DNA of 64,000 bases from Octopus vulgaris (lineage: Eukaryota), in NCBI GenBank assembly GCA_951406725.2, contig OX597815.1, positions 36,022,001 to 36,086,000 on the forward strand. The letters are read 5' to 3'. Position 1 is the first letter of the stretch; each line of letters begins with the position of its first letter. This document shows, in pieces, positions 1 to 13,257 of this stretch. The translations under genes were made by a program, and so were the position numbers. The notes under the pieces are model-generated. The model had not been told where the DNA came from. It made no database searches and worked only from the letters and a program-made list of their open reading frames with translations.

Positions 1-559
1 CTGCTACCCCATGGCGTGGTGTTGCTATACTATGCTTGAACGGACAGGATTTGGCTCACTCCACTTGACTACTGTGACTAGCTCCTAGGCTACCGATTCA
101 CCCTGAAGAAGAATGTATATATTGCAAATCCAGAAATAAAATATTTATGCTGTTGAAGATATTCGGAAGTCTTGGCTTTTCCTTCAATTAATAATTTAAT
201 GTAAGGGATGAGAGCTGTACCCATCCAGTGTTACAGACCTTTCATCCTGTTACAAATGCATATAGCTTTGAAAGCATAGATGAAACATCACAAAACATAG
301 ATAAAGTATAAAGGAAAGTTTTAACTATCATACGATTTGCATGAAATCAATCTAGTAAAGTTGAAATAACAATACAGCAACAATGAAGGATGTCTTTTTG
401 TGTTCTTAATAAAGCAAAGTATATTCAAGCTCTGTCCAGGATACTTTTAACAATGAGAAATTAATTGCTTTTCATTTTAACTTTTTTTCTTAATTGTGTG
501 CAACTCATTACAATGTAGAACATGTTTTCATGTTTCCAAGTTCATGTATTTATTTATAG

Positions 560-673
560 ATATCAACAATTCAAAATACAAAGGGAACATCTGTTGTTTC
601 TTGTTTCCCATCAGTTAAGGACGTCATGTTAGATGACGATTTCTTAATGTTGACTTTGAATGACTTAAAATAG
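560..673 (+). CDS. Possible terminal coding exon of an unidentified plus-strand gene (ISTIQNTKGTSVVSCFPSVKDVMLDDDFLMLTLNDLK*)
   Basis: tatttatttatag acceptor, 37 open codons to TAG, AATAAA at ~719 and ~801; no homology recognised. Confidence 0.3.
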   Translation: MSTIQNTKGTSVVSCFPSVKDVMLDDDFLMLTLNDLK

Positions 674-1085
674 GCTCTACTGAAAATTATATAGTAAACT
701 TAGTCAACTTCATTTTAAAATAAAGTATATTGTACGTCTTTAAAAAGTATTAAAGAATGGTCATCAAAATAGATTTTGTGCAAATTAAGTCATTGCACAA
801 AATAAAAATATAAGAAAACTATAAGATGTACTATATCAAAATGAAAATTGTATTTTCTGTTACAAGAATACATTGTTAGAATTAAAAACATAAATATTTT
901 CTTTATATCCATGAAACATTTAAGGAAGATCTTCTTATGGAGAAATCAAGGTCCATCAATCTAATTTTCTAATTTACAAATTTAAATGTCTATATGGTAC
1001 TGGTTTTACATTTGGACATCATTAAAATAGGTCAAAGCTTAGTAATATTAACCATACACAATAACTATAGATTTGCATTGTAGTG

Positions 1086-1450
1086 ATCATCATCATCGTC
1101 ATTTAGCATCTGCTTTCCATGTTAGCATGGGTTGGACGGTTCAACTGGGGTCTGGGAAGCCAGAAGGCTGCACCAGGCCCAGTCTGATCTGGCAATGTTT
1201 CTGCGGCTGGATGCCCTTCCTAACACCAACTACTCCATGAGTGTAGTGGGGGCTTTTTACATGCCACCGGCACGGAGGCCAGGTGAGGCTGGCAACGGCC
1301 ACGATCGGATGGTGTTTTTTACATGCCACCAGCACGGAGGCCAGTCAGAGCGGCGCTGGCAACGGCCACATTCAGAGGGTTCTCTTATGTGCCACCGGCA
1401 CTGGTATCACAGCTACAATTTCCATTGATGTTGATCGATTTCGATTTTGA
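1086..1450 (-). mobile_element. SINE-like repeat with (GAT)n tail and internal ~60-bp tandem units (family 1)
   Basis: Shares ggaagggcatccagc and gcatggaaagcggacgttaaacgatgatg with many copies in the window. Confidence 0.88.
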
Positions 1451-1742
1451 TCAATACTTGTATTTTTCTGGTGACAGTAAAATCATAAATTAGAACTAAA
1501 TATCAACGATACAAAATAATTCTAAAGTACATAAGACTACTCACTTAATCTTTACTTATATATTTCTTTATTGCCCTCAGGGGGCAAGCACAAACTTTTA
1601 TCTATGGTAACCTTCCTTAAATAAGAAATGGTTTGACTAAAACTTCATGCAATTCTGCTGGTGAATGCAGTATGCAGCAGGTAAATTCAAGGAAGAGAGA
1701 CAATTGTAGAAACTATAGTCTGAGAGAGGAAACAAGGCATCT

Positions 1743-2053
1743 GATTGATGATTCAGTTCCTTCTCAAGCCATGCCTGGCTCATAAGGGCCGGTTTCCCGG
1801 TTTCTTTGGCTTATAGGTCCCCAACTGGACGGGACGCCGGTCTGTCGCAGGTGAGCTGCAAGATGCAGGAGGAAAGAATGAGAGAAAGTTGTGGTGAAAG
1901 AGTCAGCAGAAGTTCACCATTACCTTCTGCCAGAGCCACGTGGAGCTTAGATGTTTCGCTCATAAACACACACATTGCTCGGTCTGAGATTCGAACTCGT
2001 GATCTCTCGACCGCGAGTCCACTACTCTAACCACTAGGCCATGTGCCTCCACT
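1743..2053 (-). mobile_element. Full-length tRNA-derived SINE with 13-bp TSD
   Basis: A box TGGCCTAGTGG, B box GAGTTCGAATC; TSD aaacaaggcatct at 1730-1742 and 2054-2066. Confidence 0.9.
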
Positions 2054-2693
2054 AAACAAGGCATCTAAGTCATTGGTTTTCTTGTTTTATTTTGTTTTGT
2101 TTCCGAAGTGTATATATTATTTTTTATCATTATTTACAATTCTTATCATAAGTAAAAGGGCATTGATACCGAACTATGTTATTAGTTCTTTTGAGATTAT
2201 ATCCAAGGTGAGTGTTTTCATTTTAACAACTCAGATCAGTTTGTGACATATATGACAGTAATACTTATTATTATATAATCAATTATTAAAGAAGAGCACT
2301 TAAGGAAATGGATTAGTTCGTATGTCTTAATACACTTTTTAGATATTGGTAATAAGAATGCAGCTTAGTTATATTTTGGCAGGAGTGGTTAACATAACTC
2401 TAGACTACTTGGCCGCTTAGTTTCGGTTCCAATCCTACTTTGGAGATTAACAATTTATTTACTCTTCTCGTTGACATATTACTAGTTTGCACTTGGGTGC
2501 CACATGTTAAAGTAGGAAATTTGATAGCAGTAACTTTCTTTGTGTTTTAAACATAACAAAGATTAAAATTTCCATTGTGTCTTGCAACCTTTTCAATAGT
2601 TTTGACTCTTGAAAAGGTTGCAAGACGCAACAAAAATTTTAGGACAATAAAAATAAGAAAAAAATGGAAATTTTACCGGTGAGTGTGTTACAT

Positions 2694-2978
2694 TCATCAT
2701 CATCATCATCATCATCTTCGTTTAGCGTCCGCTTTCCATGCTAGCATGGGTTGGACGGTTCAATTGGGGTCTGGGAAGCCAGAAGGCTGCACCAGGCCCA
2801 ATGTGATCTGGCAATGTTTCTACGGCTGGATGCCCTTCCTAACACCAACCACTCTGTGAGTGTACTGGGTGCTTTTTACGTGCCACCGGCACAGGTGCCA
2901 GACGAGGCTGGCAAACAGTCACAATTGGATGGTGCTTTTTACATGCCACCGGCACGGAGGCCAGGCGAGGCTGGCACA
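2694..2978 (-). mobile_element. Family-1 (GAT)n-tailed SINE-like copy
   Basis: Near-identical to 1086-1300. Confidence 0.88.
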
Positions 2979-3799
2979 CGTTATAAGGCACAAAAGATTT
3001 AAATGTATAAACTTTACACAGGAATTTGATCATGTTCCAAGTTGGATAAAAATTGGATTCTTTCATAGTTTTTCACTTTTTTTCTTGCTTCAGTTTTTGG
3101 ACTACGACCATGCTGAAGCACCACCTTAACCCTATAACATTCAGATTTCTCTCTCAAATGTAATGCTTATTTATCCATGCTATTTTGAATTAATCTTGGT
3201 TTATCTTGTAGCTTTGAAACTTCAATTATGTGATTATATATTTTTAGAATGACATTGTAGGGTAGGGGTAAGAGTCCAAAGTTGGCTAGTTTGAACATAA
3301 AACAATAGAATATTTAGGCTGGATATGACCAGTTTAAATACTAAAGTGTTAAAGGGTTTTAGCTGAATGAATCAATCCCTGTACTTTTTTTTCCAGCTTA
3401 GTACTTATTTTATCGGTTACTTTTGCTGAACTGCTAGATAACAAGGAAAGAAATGAACCAACTCCTGTTGTCAGGCATTGGGGTGGGGGGAACACAAGCA
3501 CAAAAATTCACACACAAGGTTGAAAGTACTCCAGACTATGTCATATTATTCGGTGTGTTCTTTTCTAGGAAGGAAAGTGTGATTTCAGAGAGATTTGGTT
3601 GCTATTTCTGGTTGGTCATGTAACCACACAGAGGTTCCTGGTTGAAATTTGTTTGCAAAAAGATAAGAAAGAATGAAGGATAGATTCACTGCTTAGGTGT
3701 GTGTGTTGTTGTTATAGATAAGTTCAAAAATGTACAGAAGAAAGGGTGTTGATAATATAGCTAAACCTTGAGGTATATCATAGCTGATAAAGTGTAGGT

Positions 3800-3847
<48 letters not shown>

Positions 3848-4538
3848 ATTTGTTAGCATATGCTGTATTGGAGTGGCCTGACATGATACTTCACATTTGA
3901 ATGACAAATGATGGACGGAGCTCATGAGTGAGCAACTTGACTAACAGGCTGTCATACCAAACTCAATCAAAGGCTTTGCTGATGCCATAGGAGAATCATT
4001 GTTTCTCAAATATATGTTGTTGCTGTGGTTTAATCCCATGTTGGCTCTGACTGAATAAAACTATGATCAAAGTTGACCCAGCTGTGACTATCCTCTCTTT
4101 TCCTATACTGAGGGAGTTCAGTACTACATTATCTGTCCTTTTCTGGGATGATAGGTTGTGGATTGAGATGCATTTGGTTTCTATTTTTAGCAGACTGAAC
4201 ACCACATAGAGGCTTCCTCTTTGGCTCATGTGTCATGCTATAGTGCATGTTTCTGTTAATCTTTGGTTCTAAAACAAGAACGTCAACTTTTTTCGCAAAA
4301 GGATAGTTTTTTCTGAGGCTATGTTTTACAGCCAAATACCCTTTCTGTCACCAACCCTTTTAGTTGCCCCTTACTGCATACAGGAATGTCGGATATCTCT
4401 TCTAAAACTGGGATATACACAGTATATATAAATGAACAGAAATGCCTACAGGAATGAAAACATACCTGTCATATACCAATTGACAGTTTTGCCGATTACA
4501 ACAAAGCATGAATATGTACATATCTGTGTGATACTGAA

Positions 4539-4796
4539 TCATCATCATCATCATCGTTTAACGTCCGCTTTCCATGCTAGCATGGGTTGGACAATTTTGA
4601 CTGAGGGCTGGCGAACCAGATGGCTGCACCAGGCTTCAATCTTGATCTGGCAGAGTTTCTACAGCTGGATGCCCTTCCTAACGCCAACCACTCCAAGAGT
4701 GTAGTGGGTGCTTTTTACGGGCCACCGGCACGGGGGCCAGTCAGGCGGTACTGGCAATGACCTCACTCGAATCTTTTTACACGTGCCACCGGCACA
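4539..4796 (-). mobile_element. Family-1 copy
   Basis: Same tail and core. Confidence 0.88.
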
Positions 4797-5928
4797 GATC
4801 AGCTAAATTTACGTAACTATAAACCACTGGCATACAAGCACCCATTTACAAAATTTCAAATCTGTATGTAGAAAATTAACAAAGTTACAAGCAAATATTG
4901 TGGACACCCCACTTGAACCTGAATAAATTAAGATTAATATAAACAGATAAGCATTACATTTGACAAATTAATCTGAACACTAAAAGGTTAGACTACTTCA
5001 TAACATTGGATGATAGATCTAACTTGTGATGGACCTAACACATCAATCTGTTTAACCCCATAACCTGATCCTTAAGTGCCTTTAATAGAGTTCAACTTTA
5101 CCACAAGCTTTCTAACCAGACTATCAGTTTAATCCCAACCCATGTTTTTTCCTATAACCTTTAATCTGCTGATATTCGTGTTTGTCAGTGGTTACGCCAA
5201 TTCAGTCTATGAGAACCTTCAAAGGTTATGGATATTGTATTTCCTCCTCTAATAATCTTATTTTAAAATATAGTAATGAATTGTTTTGTCTGTAACAATG
5301 AATTATCATTGTTGCTGTCATTGTTGTTGCATGCTTTAAAATATAATTTATGAAACAAAATTATCAAAATTTTAAAAAAAATAGTAAATTAACATTACAT
5401 TTGTGATGCAAAGTGGTTTGACATAAACAAAATTTAATCTAATACAATAGAGAAAATACATATTTTAAAACCAATATTAAGTAGCAATTTCATTAAAAAA
5501 TATTTATTATTCATGGTCTTCAATAGGCTTATAAAACACTTAAATTACAGCAGATCATTCATGTGTTATATGAGTGATAGTCATCTCTTCAGATCTCTGA
5601 ATATGAAATCAGCACAATTAACACTGTATTTCATCACCATGTTTATTTAAGTGACTTTATAATACTTAAACATATACATAGACACACATAAACATATATA
5701 GGCACACATATGCAATATAGACGTGCACAAGCATATCTAGACATATGTATTTACAGGCATGCAATTGCATATATTGACCCACACATGCATATAGACATAC
5801 ACATGAATATTTAGACACACACAAGCATATTTACACATGCACACAAGCATACATAGGCACACACATGCATATATAGACACGCAAACATATAAGCTTACAC
5901 AAGCATATATAGATATACACAGGCATGC

Positions 5929-6643
5929 CAGGGTCAGCTGAAAAATTCATAGGCTGATCAAGATACTCTCATGGAATGTGACCAAATGAGGTTTATTTGG
6001 TCTCACTCAAAGTGATAAAACCAACACTCACCCTGGGTAAAGAAACCAGCTAGATCTGCATGAAATAATGTCAGATTTCCCAGTGATGTGATAAGCCTGG
6101 TGTGCTTTTGATCAGGTGTCAGCAGATGTGGCACCCACCAAACAAACCTTCGTCATACCAAATTCATTGTGCAGAATATTCTCAACTCTCTCACAGGATA
6201 TGCTAACAGTATTGGCCTTTTGATTTATAGTCTATAACCAGTCGTCCATCACCATATACTGGCAGTTGCAGGATGTCTAGATCTTGAGACATCTTCAAGC
6301 CTCTACACACCCCTCCTAAATTCAGCTGCCCACTTTTGCACTGTTGATAAAGCTGAAGTGCCATCCCCTAAAGTAGCAACCTTGTCAGCAAGAATGTCAT
6401 GGAGGTATAAACCTTTTTTCTGCAGATACTTGATAACACCAGGATGCCAAATTTTGTCCATTTTCAAGGGAAGTTGTTACTAATTACTTTTGAAGTCTTC
6501 ATTGAACAATGAGATGCCAGTTTAATGAGACATGAACTATACAATTATTAATAAGAAATGCTGAAATTAATGCAAGCAAGATTTCACAGCTCTAGCATCA
6601 CTCTTTCATAGTCAACCGAAGAACTTTTTGGCCCGCCTTCATA
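5929..6643 (-). mobile_element. Internally deleted mariner element
   Basis: WVPHLL motif (ILHNEFGMTKVC..WVPHLLTPDQK) and KWAAEFRRG HTH region on the minus strand; degenerate TIRs; inserted in a CA/TA low-complexity tract. Confidence 0.8.
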
Positions 6644-6784
6644 TATAGACACACACATGCATATGCAGACACACACAAACATTTATAAACACATTCAAGC
6701 GTATATAGACACATAAGCATATTTAGACAATAGCAACTATATATAGATACCCTGATATACTGACAAATGGTGAATTGACAGAAT

Positions 6785-7860
6785 GATTAGAGTATTCAGT
6801 AGAAGTTCCAACATTGTGCAGTGAGTTCAGATCCTACCAAAATCAACTTTATTTTTCATTTTGCTGGAGAAAAAGTCTCCTTTTGTAATTTTCCAGGTTT
6901 TAGAACCATACATCAGAACTGTCTTTACAAAAGTTTTGAACAGTTTGGTATTCTAATATTGGATCCACAGAAGCTCTGAGACTGAATATGGCTCAAGCTT
7001 TAGCCAATCTGTTTTCCAGGTCCATGGTACCACTTCCAATGTGAGGGACAAAGGCTCCTTGGTATTCAAACTTGTAGACTTCTTCCAATGTCATACCATT
7101 CATCAAGATGGTGTCTGCATTTTTGGAATTCCTTTTCAGGATCTTGCACTTCCTGGTATTCACCTTTCAAGCCTGTGTGCGGTCCATTCTTCACCAGCCT
7201 CTCTGCCTTTGGCTGCGCTGCATTGCTGGTGAACTTCCCACTGTTGCTTTGCTCTTCATTTTCTACTGTGCCACCTAACACAAAGTGGAAAGAGGAGAAA
7301 AAGTAATAATCCAGGGTTGTAAATTGTCTGAATTTTTAAAACCTTAGACAGGATACTGTGCAGCACCTATACCAAGCTATATCAGCCATGCTTTTTCTTT
7401 GGAAAACATCAGTGACATAGAGAGAAGAAACTTGCATGCATAGACAACTGCTAGTCTTTGAAAGAAAAGCTTCCCAGTCTTGCACACATACACAATCTAC
7501 ATTTAATTATGTTATATCTAACTACTTCAAGAAATCCTTCTGCTGCAATGCCAAATTAAGAGGAAAATATAGTCACAAGATACTGAAACTTTGAGGGGAT
7601 GCAGGGCGCTAGATCCACCATAAGGTCCAGTCCTTGTTGTATTGTGTGCCTCAATGACTCTGATGGCAACACCTGTGACTGCTCTAGTACCAAAATGAAA
7701 GTGTTCAAAACTTTGGTAAAGACAGTTCCAATGTATGGCTCTAAAACCTGGAAAATTACAAAAGGAGACTTTTTTCTCCAGCAAAATGAAAAATAAAGTT
7801 GATTTTGGTAGGATCTGAACTCACTACACAATGTTGGAACTTCTACTGAACACTCTAATC
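6785..7860. repeat. Long inverted repeat: arms 6785-6942 and 7702-7860
   Basis: ~158-bp arms; I count 6 substitutions and 1 indel by eye; ~760-bp spacer. Confidence 0.93.
6870..7280 (-). mobile_element. Degenerate RTE-type LINE RT fragment
   Basis: Frameshifted translation GLKVNTRKCKIL...LEEVYKFEY.G...DLENRLAKA and FKTFVKTVLMYGSKTW. Confidence 0.75.
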
Positions 7861-9077
7861 TAAGCTATATCAGACTAATAAGGACCATCTCTTCCCAGAA
7901 ATAAATGTGGGTTTGCATAGGACCAACACCCCTTCCTAGAAAAGGCAAAGATACTGAAGCATTGATGACAATTCAAAACTAACAAGACCTGGGATGAATG
8001 CAACGGGAAGTACAGTATAGCCTAGAGTTCAGAACATTGGAGAAAAGTTGTTGTTAATGACACATGGAGCAAAGGGCTTATGTAAGTAAGTAGGGAGCTA
8101 GTTGATGGCAACCCTAGTACTTGACTGGTACTTTATTTTATTGAGCCTAAAATGATGAAAATCAAAGTTGATCATGGCAGCATTTGAACTTATATTCTAA
8201 AGGATAGTAATTAAATTTTATATATTCTATTTTGTCCAACATCTCACTGATACGGCCTTTCATCTTCTGTTCGATAAGGATTGCCAATGTTGACACAAGA
8301 TCACGAATTTCGGAATGAGGAGTGTAGTCAATTTAAACAACACCATTTCTTATTTTATTTTGATATTAAAATAAGTACTTGACTGTGACATACTTTTGAT
8401 CTCCACTCCTACGCCTACCCCCAGAAAGTTGAAAAGCAAAGTTAGCTTCAATGCGATTTGAGCTTAGAATGTAACAGGATATATCAAAATATTACAAAGC
8501 ATTTTGTTCTGATGCTCTACTGATTCTTCCTTTCACTAATCTTCATAATAACAAAAATTATGATTTGAAGCATTTTAAAATATAAAGTCAGAAAATATAA
8601 CAACAAAAAAAGTGAACCAAGATAAAAAAAAAAAGAAAAAGAAAACGAAAAATTGCCCTCTTCCCCACCACCCTGTAATTTATGTAATTTTCTTTGATGT
8701 GAGAAAAAAAGAAAAATAAACTGGTGAAATAATTAGAAATCTAAACACATGTTATTTTGTTAGATTACTTTACATAAATTTAGTCTTAATTTTTGTGAGT
8801 GTTTTTTGCTAGTTTTTCATCCTGTAAATATCACACACCCATACTTTCTTGTCTTTGTCAACTTTTTACTTTGTTATCATCCTCATTGTCATCACTTTCA
8901 TCACCATATCAACACCAAGATCTCTTTTACCATTGTCATCACCCTCATTATCGTCGTTATCATTAACATCATCATCATCATTATCGTCATCATAATTATT
9001 GCTATTATCATCATTATCAACAAAAGTTTCATACTTATTGTTTAATGCTGGCATGGGTTGAGTAGATTTGCAGAACA

Positions 9078-9109
9078 TCTCCCTTTATCTTTCTCTCTAT
9101 CTATCTGTT

Positions 9110-9164
<55 letters not shown>

Positions 9165-9592
9165 GTTTCTTTCTCTCTTTCTCTGTCTGTCTCTCCCCCT
9201 CACTCTCTCCCTCCCCTCCTTCTCCTCTCTCTCCACCCTCCCACCCTGTCCTCTCCTCTCTCTCTCTCTCTCTCTCTGATGCTCTCTCTTTCTCTGTCTG
9301 TCTCTCCCCCTCACTCTCTCCCTCCCCTCCTTCTCCTCTCTCTCCACCCTCCCACCCTGTCCTCTCCTCTCTCTCTCTCTTTCTCTGTCTGTCTCTCCCC
9401 CTTTCTCCCTCACTCACTCTCCCTCACTCTCCCTCCCCTACTTCTCCCCTCTCTCCTTCCCCTCCCTCTCCTCCTCTCTCCTTCTCTCCTCCCCTATCTC
9501 TCTTCATGTGGATGTACATGTATGCACATGCATGTATCTGTGTGTGTCTGTGTGTGTCTGTGTGTGTGTGTGTGTGTGTATGTGTATATGTG
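9078..9592. repeat. (CT)n polypyrimidine tract with a duplicated ~110-bp unit, followed by (GT)n
   Basis: Directly visible; the unit ttctctgtctgtctctccccctcactctctccc...ccaccctgtcc occurs twice. Confidence 0.95.
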
Positions 9593-10511
9593 TATTCACA
9601 GCCACATAACACTATCCTTTATCGTTTCATCTTCAAGGTTTAATTCTCTTAAATCAAACCTAAAACTTCACCTACACATCTTCATATCTTCATGCCTAAC
9701 CCAACAACCACTAATCAACAAACCAACCAAATACCATTTCCCAACTTCTTTGGTTTTCTTTCCTTTTTTACATATACTTTTTGCAGTTTTTTTTTTTATT
9801 TAATTTTCTGTTCTTTCTCTCCCTCTCTCTTTCTTTTTACTATTTTTTTTTTTTCTATTTTTCTATTGCTGTTACATTTTTCTCTATTTCTGTATTTTTC
9901 AATAGCTTTTATGTCTGCTTAATTTCTTCCATGTCTGAACTGATACCGTCATCTCATTTCTCGTGCATGCAATAACCCAAAGCCTCTTAACTACAATCTA
10001 CTTTCGTGGCTCAATCTGAATTCATTTTATCCTTCAAAAGGATTTGTCCATTTAACGGAGTAAAAAATAAAAATGCAAAAATAAAAATGGTTGGTGATGG
10101 CAGCTTGTCATATAAATCTGTCGCTTTGGACACCTTATTTTGTATGTATGTATGTCCAGTTTGTCTATTTTAATATTATCAGCTTGCACTAGATAGAAAT
10201 GTCTTTCATCAATGAAGAACTCACTCTTCACTTCACTGACAATCTGACAGTTTGGTAATGGTTTTAAATTTAATTTTTAGTGGCTTTCACTTACTGGATA
10301 GTACAACAATGTGAATGAACTTTTATTCAAATGAAGACTATTTTCCCTTGATAGTCTTTACTGCATGTTTTGTCCATGGGAGGATGTAAATACAGCCCTT
10401 TATATCATACTAAGGAAGCACTTGACGGTTACATGGAAACCCACCCCAGATTACAGTGGTGAGCCGTATCTCTCTCACATGGTATTTATATTTACAGTTA
10501 TTGAGGGTTAT

Positions 10512-10845
10512 ATAATAATGTTCGTCCTTCGGTTCGAAGATGACCAACTGACATCATCTGATGGAACTGGCGCCATGAGACCGGAGGTGGCTGATGAGGC
10601 CAATCCGGGCAAGGAAGACCCTCCCACAGGTGGGGCAGAAGTGGGTAGGGGCCGTGCTACTGGTGCAGGTGGCTCTGGCTTTACGCATCTGACGTTTCTG
10701 CTCCGCTGACCGAATCCGTCTTTAAGAGAGACCTTGAGACTATCCTTGTAGCGCTTCTTCTGCCCTCCGACTTTGCGCCTGCCCTGGCCAAGTTCACCGT
10801 AGAAGAGCTGTTTTGGGATATTGTCAGACACACTGTATAGCATAG
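10512..10845 (-). mobile_element. RTE-clade LINE 3' fragment with an internal deletion
   Basis: IPKQLFYGELGQGRRKVGGQKKRYKDSLK, and in another frame HFCPTCGRVFLARIGLISHLRSH (RTE C-terminal zinc motif). Confidence 0.88.
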
Positions 10846-11026
10846 TAGTCTAGAAAGAGCTGGCATACTCAATGCAGTCAACCAAGAAATTTTTATCAAA
10901 TTACTCTCTTAATGATGAAAACATATTATATAAAGAACTAATTACTATCAAAAGAGAATAGGGAGACAACTCAGAAATTTCTAACTTGCTGTATTACATA
11001 TACAATGTCATACTCTTACTCTTTTT

Positions 11027-11231
11027 TACTCTTTTACTTGTTTAAGTCATTTGACTGTGGCCATGCTGGAGCACCGCCTTTAGTCGAGCAAATCAACCCC
11101 AGGACTTATTCTTTGGAAGTCAAGTACTTATTCTATCAGTCTCTTTTTGCCGAACCGCTAAGTTACGGAGACATAAACACACCAGCATCGGTTGTCAAGC
11201 GATGTTGGGGGGGACAAACACAGACACACAA

Positions 11232-11278
<47 letters not shown>

Positions 11279-11440
11279 CAACTGGCTTCTTTCAGTTTCC
11301 GTCTACCAAATCCACTCACAAAGCTTTGGTCAGCCTGAAGCTATAGTAGAAGACACTTGCCCAAGGTGCCACGCAGTGGGACTGAACCCTGAACCATGTG
11401 GTTCGTAAGCAAGCTACTTACCATACAACCACTCCTGCGG
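11027..11440 (-). mobile_element. tRNA-derived CORE-type SINE with internal (TA/CA)n
   Basis: tRNA-like head, CORE-like CACCTTGGGCAAGTGTCTT; other copies at ~3070-3520, 24690-25030 (+) and 35310-35670. Confidence 0.85.
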
Positions 11441-12229
11441 CATATAAAAAAAACAAACAATCTTTTAGACAATAGACCAAGAATATTTTAAAGACCCACT
11501 AACTCGTTCAGTCTAGCAACATTGTGACATTTCAGTTTAGTAACATTGTGACTGATTTCAGAGTTACTTTCACTTTTGATAAATAAACCACATGGAAAGG
11601 ATCTTCCTCATGCATATGACAACTTAGTGTCTTTTGAAGTAAGGTTTGACTTTTTTCCAGGGTCTTTTTCTTACGACTGTTATAGCCACCACCTAATATA
11701 ATACACCTGTTATCTATTTTAGCTCAGAAAGAGCCCTTCAAGATTACTAATCTCAAATCCGAGATAGAATATCTTTTATTAGTGGACCGATTGGAGAGGG
11801 AGTGATGACTGACAGTACAGAAAGTGTAGAAGTACTGCATATCAGGTACAGCTTCCTTTACTTACACTAGTTAAATAACATAATAAATAGCAGAGAGAGA
11901 GGATGAATGATGAGGAGATGAGTGCAAAGAAGATAAGGTCACTGACCCATTCACAGGCCACCTAAACTGGTAGAAACAAGTGGGAAGAGAAATCACATAT
12001 TATTGCTGCAGAAAGCAGTACTTCATGATATGTTACTTTCAAAAAGGTGATTGGGTCTATGATTTGAACCCAGACTGCAAGGTACCAAAATACACAGTAC
12101 ATTTCACCCAATGCTCTACTGACACTGGCAATTCACTAACTGTGATCATAAGTCTATTCAATCATGGTTGACTTGGGATTACACAACAGCATAGTTAAAT
12201 ACATCATGATTGTAAACTTGATTGAAATG

Positions 12230-12640
12230 TTAATAATAATGAAATTATTGTATACAGTGCTCAGGTGCACCACAACTTGTCAAAAGTGCATATAAAGCAT
12301 ATGCAGTAATGTACAAATGTCTGGAAAGTGAACAGTGTATGAGGCAGATACATGCTTGCGTGTGTATGGAGGGGAGAAAATCAGGTGTAGTGTTGGCGAA
12401 TCTCAGGAAGCATGGAAGTTTTGAAGGATGCAGTGCTCCGACAACTAACAACTGATGCCGGCAGTTTGTTCCATACTTCAGCAACTCTTAGCGTGAAAAA
12501 ATGTTTCCAAAAGTCATGGGAGCTGTACTGTTTTCTGACTTTGTAAACATGTCCGCGGGTGTTAGACAGATGGAGTTTGAAAAGGTGCTCAGAGTTATTG
12601 TTTGTAAGATGGTTAATAATTTTATGGGTGTCTGCCAAAT
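12230..12640 (-). mobile_element. 3' fragment of the same CR1-type LINE family
   Basis: ORF 12381..12677 aligns to the C-terminus of the 51723 RT ([36 protein letters not shown]); (ATT)n-like tail. Confidence 0.92.
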
Positions 12641-13257
12641 GTGGCATATGTAAAAAATGTGAGTTGCTCTTAAACATACAAAGTAGCCATCTCTGTGTTA
12701 TAAAACAAGAGCTGCTTGAGGCAACTCAAAACAACAACATTAAAAACTAGTTGACTGCTGTAAGACTACAATAATCACAAATATCTCTAAGTTAGTCAAT
12801 GCTTGCAATATCCATCTGAGGTAATGTATTATTATCTCTTCATTAGCCATACAGCTCTCTAGCAGTCAATGCACATTAGTGAAATGGATAATAACAAAAT
12901 ATTAAATTTAGAATAAAACTCAGCTCAGTGCACCTTTCAAAATAAATTTTTCTTTTGTTTTTGTACATACTTAACATGACTGGACATGCCAGCATCACCA
13001 AATAATACTGTCTGATTATATTTATAGGTTAAAGGTAGTTTTTCAATTGATGATAAAGTTCCATAGTTAATAAATAGACAAACACCAATTAGCTAATTAC
13101 ATTACTGGCTGTTTTTTTTTTGTTTTGGTTTTTTTTTCAATGTAATTATTTTTTCTCCCTTTCCTTTTTTTTTTTAATTTTTCTTATTTTGTACTTGCAG
13201 AGCCCAATGCTTTCACAAGCTCTCTTAAAATTCTGTTTGGTTTTATTGGCCTTATAT

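Noticed and set aside
1132-3002. Recurrent peptide [14 protein letters not shown].. (also at 13184, 32719, 55746, 59499), suggesting a gene family
   Set aside because: Antisense or incidental translation of the family-1 repeat.
9058-9803. Long ORFs (up to 191 aa, Ser/Leu/Pro- or Glu/Arg-rich)
   Set aside because: Translations of (CT)n/(GA)n microsatellite, which lacks stop codons.
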